The notes under the pieces: model-generated
The model's database searches: none
What the model was told of the DNA's origin: nothing
What the model saw: the letters and a program-made list of their open reading frames with translations, nothing else
Source: Tubiluchus corallicola
Taxonomy: Eukaryota; Animalia; Priapulida
Direction: 5' to 3'
Assembly: GCA_030141605.1 (NCBI GenBank)
Contig: JAQGDQ010000156.1
Span: forward strand, 186,001-250,000
Length of the DNA: 64,000 bases
Shown: in pieces, positions 58,712-64,000 of the stretch
How the letters are laid out: every line of letters begins with the position of its first letter
Numbering within the stretch: the stretch's first letter is position 1
Translations under genes and position numbers: made by a program

Positions 58712-60437
58712 TACAATAATAATATTTTATTAATGCATAATAATTTATTTCTGTTGTGCATATATATATATGCGCTATAATACGTTTTCACAGCACATCT
58801 GTACATGAAATTTAGCAGACATTAAATTTTTTAACTTATGGAGAGAAAAATAGTCAAAAAATAGTCAAAACATAAAATATTTAAGAATCTCCACATGGAG
58901 GCCAATCAACACAACTATTATATTATTCCACGCACTGTTTTTGGTGAGCATATTTTTATGGCTAAAACAAACTTCTAAAAACGTTCTTACATATAACTAT
59001 GGAATACTGTATTAAGACTACTAGTCTGTACATAAAATATATTTGCATGTGCACTAAAATATCAGTACAAAACCTCTCTAAAAGCAATGATACAGCTAAT
59101 ATTCATAAAACACCTAAAAGCTAAGTTTCACCAAATCAACAATTCCTTACAGTAAGAAAAGCCAACCTGAGGTCCTGATTACAAATACCTAGAAGCTACA
59201 TATCGGCAAAGGTGATGAAGTATGAGAATAATGGCAAAAACTGGTATCATTTGTAATTAGATGAACTCGTGCATTTAAAATTACAATGTTTCAGTTTCAA
59301 TACTAAAATTACTCGTCAAAAGCACACAGCTTGTTTGACCCTTTTTGGGAACACTAGGAGCATCATGTCACAGCTACAAACTAACTGAATTTACACAAAA
59401 AAACATAACAGGCTAGCTTGGAAATGACAAATTTAATCATTTTATAAAATAATAAAGTGCAGTAAAAAATGCTAATAAACTACGCACAACAGAAAAGCTT
59501 GACAGAGGATTTTAATTAGGCCACACAAATAATCAATTTTCAAGCTACATCAATTATTGTTATTGCTAAACTAGTACTACTTTATTGTCTATTCACAAAT
59601 GAAATTGATATTGCACAATATTGCACAAGAAAAAATTGTTGCCACCATGATCCACCATAGGCCCCAATTACAAATGTATTTCAGAATGGTTAATTGTTAT
59701 CATGTAACGGCAGAAATAGTCATTGCTCTGCATATCTTTATGTAAAAATAAGAGGTATGTTTTAACACAGAATATTTAAAATCAAAACACTTCTAGAAGT
59801 AAAATAATATAACAGCAATAAGCCTACATAATCATACAATATACATCTACCCAATCAAAACACATTTTGTGCTCTATTCTAAGAATTAAAATTCCTTTTG
59901 CACACTCAATGTACAGCAATGTCACGTAATATGTATTTCAGTTGGCATAAAATAATGACAAGCAGCTTAAATTCATTACTTATTTACATGGCATTGTAAG
60001 CTGAGTCACGATTATGTACCCAATCCAAACTATGCCAAAAATTCTAATCTATCTTACCAGATGCTTGAAGTTCATCACAAGTACAGTGCTTCAAAAAAGA
60101 AAAATTCGGACAACTGTCTGATCCTAGCCTAAGGCATATTCCTGCGCAAAGCTATTGCCCTAATAAAACGGCCACATTCCAACTGACAATAAGTCAAAAA
60201 AATAGTGTAATAATGTGGCCATACGAAATAACCTGTTTTTAAATTTGATCATGTAAGAGGAAATGCAGGTATGAATAAAACATTTACATACTTAAGACTA
60301 GCAAACGATCAAATACTCAATACGGTAAAATGATTCGATCACGCTAATTAAGTGATCCATTGTAGCGACCCATAATTCAATGGAGACGGTTCATACATCA
60401 CTGCTATACAAATGTACAAGACAAAAAATTCTCAAGT

Positions 60438-60923
60438 TCAGAACCAGTGAGAGAGTAATTTAGCTGCTACTGCACAACTTATTAACCACATAGCAGTGCA
60501 TTTATTTGGGTTGCTGTTATTACATAGGTCTTCAAAACAGGGACATATTTCATACACAAAACCATCTGGCTTTGTCTGTTCCCAACATTCTGGCGTATCA
60601 TCTTTATCATACTCTCTACTCTGACTCCAAGTCAACTCTATATTTCTGTACTCAATTGCACATCTTCTGATTATGATCTGTTTGTCGTGATCCCTTCTGC
60701 CTCTCACTGCCTTCTCTTTCAAGCAGGGTCCAGCACACTGTTGAATGAAGTCTCTATCATAGTCTTCTAAATGATTTGGATCTTGACATTTGTCTGTAAA
60801 CGGTTCAGGTCTGTCTGTCGGGGTACCCCACGCACAACGATAGCACTCTCTGATGAATTCCGCATTAGCGGCAGACATAACCATCGCTAATGTCACCACA
60901 ATAATCGCAGTCAATTTCCACAT
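60438..60923 (-). CDS. Ly6/uPAR three-finger (quiver/sleepless-like) protein, probably GPI-anchored; single coding exon
   Basis: Signal peptide MWKLTAIIVVTLAMVMSAANA, ten Cys from CYRC to CPCFEDLCN, then NS and a hydrophobic C-terminus. The ATG at 60923 is preceded by an acceptor-like tccag. Confidence 0.85.
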   Translation of the reverse strand: MWKLTAIIVVTLAMVMSAANAEFIRECYRCAWGTPTDRPEPFTDKCQDPNHLEDYDRDFIQQCAGPCLKEKAVRGRRDHDKQIIIRRCAIEYRNIELTWSQSREYDKDDTPECWEQTKPDGFVYEICPCFEDLCNNSNPNKCTAMWLISCAVAAKLLSHWF

Positions 60924-62761
60924 CTTTCTGGACGCGTAGTTGAACGGTAATGTTAATCTTAACACTGGAGAATATTCTTTCATACACATTTGTGCTAAAA
61001 CTGAACACAATAACCAAGTAGGGTGCGCCTGTGTTACAATAATAATATCACCATGCACCACACAACGCTGCGACCGGTTCTCCTATCACAGGTTTAAATG
61101 CCTTGGCCATGAGTTGGATTACTACACACGCTCGGCAGTTTAAACGCTAGTGTTATTCATGGCTGAACGATCACAAGCACGTATGAGAACCAAATGCTTA
61201 CCTGGTGACGAATCAGCAGCCCGTACAATCTGTCTGCGCAGGTAATTTCAGGTATTAGATCAGCAAAATATTTTATTGATTGTACCTTATTACTGCATCC
61301 GTATAAAGTGACATACGTCTAATGTACAACTAATGTGGCGATTTTTTGAACAGTAATTTTGTATGCGGTTTTCTAATGAAATATTTTGTATTACCCCATT
61401 TAAATATGTAGATACTAATGCTACTTTACATAATTCTATTTACATCCAATTAAAAAAAACTTGCAATTTATTTCTGCCTGTTTTTGAGAAATGTTATCTT
61501 AGTTAAGTATTTCGTCCTTGGCCAACGTTTTTTATTTAAAAAGTGAGAATCATGCAAGCGACGTTTGTACAATGGTTTGTGGAAAAAATCAGCAGAGAAT
61601 AATGAGTGATCATGATATATGCTCGGCCTCTACAGCTAAGCAGTGCCAGCCTTGGTAAATAGATGGATTAGTGTCAGAAGTGTTTGTATCCTTTCATCTG
61701 TCATATTGCCTTCAACAACTTCACTAAGCAAAGGGATGTTTCCTTGCTACTGTGACGGAGTGTGTTCAGATTCAAACTAATTCGGTGTCTCAACTTAAAA
61801 AGGTTATCCTTTATAATTAACTGGATTCTGGACATGTGTGCACACCTCCCTTGAAATGCTTGCAATTAGATAAAAATCTGCTGATTCAATGATGGAACCA
61901 GAGTGAAAAGTGTTACCATCTACCTGTAGCTTAGTGCCATCTACTGACAGGAAATAGAAAGCATTGCACATTGATTTTCTTTTCATTAAAAATGTTATTA
62001 TAATGCGAGTATTGTTCACATTTCTTTGTGAACTTGGATGTTTTGTTTAGTCACAACAATAGGCACACACCATAATTACATAGTTAGATTAATAAAATAG
62101 TAATTATGAAATTGATTACAAATTTTAAGAGCTAGATATGCACTGTATCATGCCTGTAAATTTCTAACTAACATAAGCTGCTAATACAATACTGAGATGA
62201 AAATGAATGCCATTTAAACAACAAATTTTTGCGATATCAGTTATCTTCTTTATTTACAACCATTGATTTACAGATTGTTATCACAGCCAAAAAACATCAC
62301 ATAATTATGAAGATGATCTTGCAAACATAAGAACATTTGACATTGAATTATTCAGTACACAATTAATTTCAGTTTAGACTGAACAAACAATTAATATTTT
62401 AACTTCTATTTTAGTTACAAATGAAAGGACAACATAATTATATTGCCTTACTTTGGGCCTATATTAATATATTGGGTTCTATTAATACACTGCTTCATAG
62501 AAGGATATCAAACATAAATGTTTAGCTTACATATTTATATTTTTAAAAATCACTTTCAATTGAACTTTTGTAAACTGGAAAATGTGCACAGTAGCATTGG
62601 CAGCAACATAGCAATTTTACATCAGTTATAAAATAAAATAGGTAAGTAAGAACTATGAAGCAACTGTCGAGCAAATTGTCATTAAGATACTTCAGCAATG
62701 GCTCCATGAATTTTTGCTAATGTATACTGAATTTACTAGTGTGAAGTATACTGTAAAAAAC

Positions 62762-63175
62762 CCAGAGCTGTGTGAGTTGGTACATTAAACTCCTCACTCT
62801 GGCTGCGACTCCTAGAATTTTAGAAGATCCAACTCTGACTCTGATTCCTAAAATTTTAGATCCAACTCCGACTCCTGCCTTTCAATAATAATTCGCAGTA
62901 CTATCAATATTTAGCTACAGTGGCATTTCATCACTACTTCTTATGCTTGAAAAACAGTCTAGTTGCATAGACACCAACACGATAGCATCCCAGAATGGGA
63001 GATTATGCATGTGTTAAAACATGAAAAGTAACTGGAGTCTAAGTTTGTGTATTTTTTACCGACTCCAACACTGACTCCTCTGACAGTAAGCGTACACTGA
63101 CTCCAAAACCCTAATTTTTAGTAACTCCGACTCCATTAGCAATGAGAACACTGCCAACCCCGACTCCACAGCCCA
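62762..63175. repeat. Degenerate ccgact-rich repeat, possibly a MITE with terminal inverted similarity
   Basis: Many (c)cgactcc motifs; ends read cagagctgtgtgagttgg and ccgactccacagcccag. Confidence 0.5.
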
Positions 63176-63201
63176 GAAAAAACCATTATGCAAATTTTTA
63201 A

Positions 63202-64000
63202 TCAGGAGTGTTCAAGGACTTTAACAGAATTTTTCGATGCTCCGGGAAGTTGTTTAGATCCCACAGCCCTAACATAGCACACTTCGGCATCAACGCCTAT
63301 CTGGCAGAAAAAATCAAGCCATAACATTTGCTTATGTGACAACCTATCCCCAGGACCTTTCACCTCTGACACTTTAAACATCTTTTTCTCATTATTCCAA
63401 ACCACTAGGTCTGGCATGCCACCTCTGCAATGCTTATGGTCTTTAATAATTCGCTCTAGGATTTTTGCCAGTGTTTCTCCACCAATACAGGCAATCAGGC
63501 TATTTAGGCGCTCTGGACTTTCATAAAGATCCCAGCTTATCAAAGAACACTCTTCATCTGCATGTTTCTCCCAGCAAGAAGCTATTGTGTTAGTCAAGAA
63601 ATCTTCATCACTGTTAGCAATTTCACATAACCTAGTGTCAACTGCTTCTTTTCGATTTTCATAAAAACAGTCATAACGTAGATCTAGCGGACCGGATTGA
63701 TATGGACCACGAAATGCATCAGGAATGCCTGGCATGAATAGAATGTCCCAGAATAACAATCCAAGTATAGTGGTAAAAGCTGATCCCTCACCATGAACAC
63801 CATCAGTATATCCCAACTGCTGTTTGTACTGAATTATGCATAAATTTTCTACACCGCAAGCAACCATACCCTCGTTGCCCCCATCTTCATCACAATCAGA
63901 GGTAACAAAGACAGTCTTTCCAGGAACACCAGATGACATTACTTTTCCGAGGAATATACGTTCAGGTGGCTCAGAACACGGCATTTGCGGTACGCTGATC
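63202..64000 (-). CDS. FAN1: Fanconi-associated nuclease 1, C-terminal VRR-NUC domain (5' part outside the window)
   Basis: GVHGEGSAFTTILGLLFWDILF, DAFRGPYQSGPLDL, and the PD-(D/E)xK motif RGGMPDLVVW...SEVKGPGDRLSHKQMLW; ends with a stop at 63202. Confidence 0.95.
   Translation of the reverse strand, partial: ISVPQMPCSEPPERIFLGKVMSSGVPGKTVFVTSDCDEDGGNEGMVACGVENLCIIQYKQQLGYTDGVHGEGSAFTTILGLLFWDILFMPGIPDAFRGPYQSGPLDLRYDCFYENRKEAVDTRLCEIANSDEDFLTNTIASCWEKHADEECSLISWDLYESPERLNSLIACIGGETLAKILERIIKDHKHCRGGMPDLVVWNNEKKMFKVSEVKGPGDRLSHKQMLWLDFFCQIGVDAEVCYVRAVGSKQLPGASKNSVKVLEHS

Noticed and set aside
60924-61061. 46-aa N-terminal extension of the Ly6 ORF in the ORF track
   Set aside because: It starts at a non-ATG codon, precedes a clear signal peptide, and probably lies in a 5' UTR intron.

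Overview
AT-rich, intron-rich invertebrate animal genomic DNA; the species cannot be determined from the sequence. A plus-strand, multi-exon type I membrane protein gene of unrecognised family runs from 859 or earlier to about 43970. Its roughly 27 kb intron (4158-31246) holds two antisense, tandemly duplicated, apparently intact CLCA-family genes (HExxH zincin + vWA + FnIII + TM). A relic of a third CLCA copy lies in an upstream intron. Downstream on the minus strand are TOE1, a 5'-truncated RTE-like LINE with a 9-bp TSD, a Ly6/uPAR (quiver-like) gene and the 3' end of FAN1. Notable structure: three independent minisatellites each multiply a live splice site, including a 46-bp array that reads as about 24 frame-preserving 15-nt candidate microexons. 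A four-unit head-to-tail Helitron sits at a site that is empty in the sister duplicate. Amino-acid divergence between the CLCA copies is concentrated in the vWA/MIDAS exons. A Penelope-type minimal hammerhead-like motif lies in a TOE1 intron. All gene models and counts were traced by eye and need computational confirmation.
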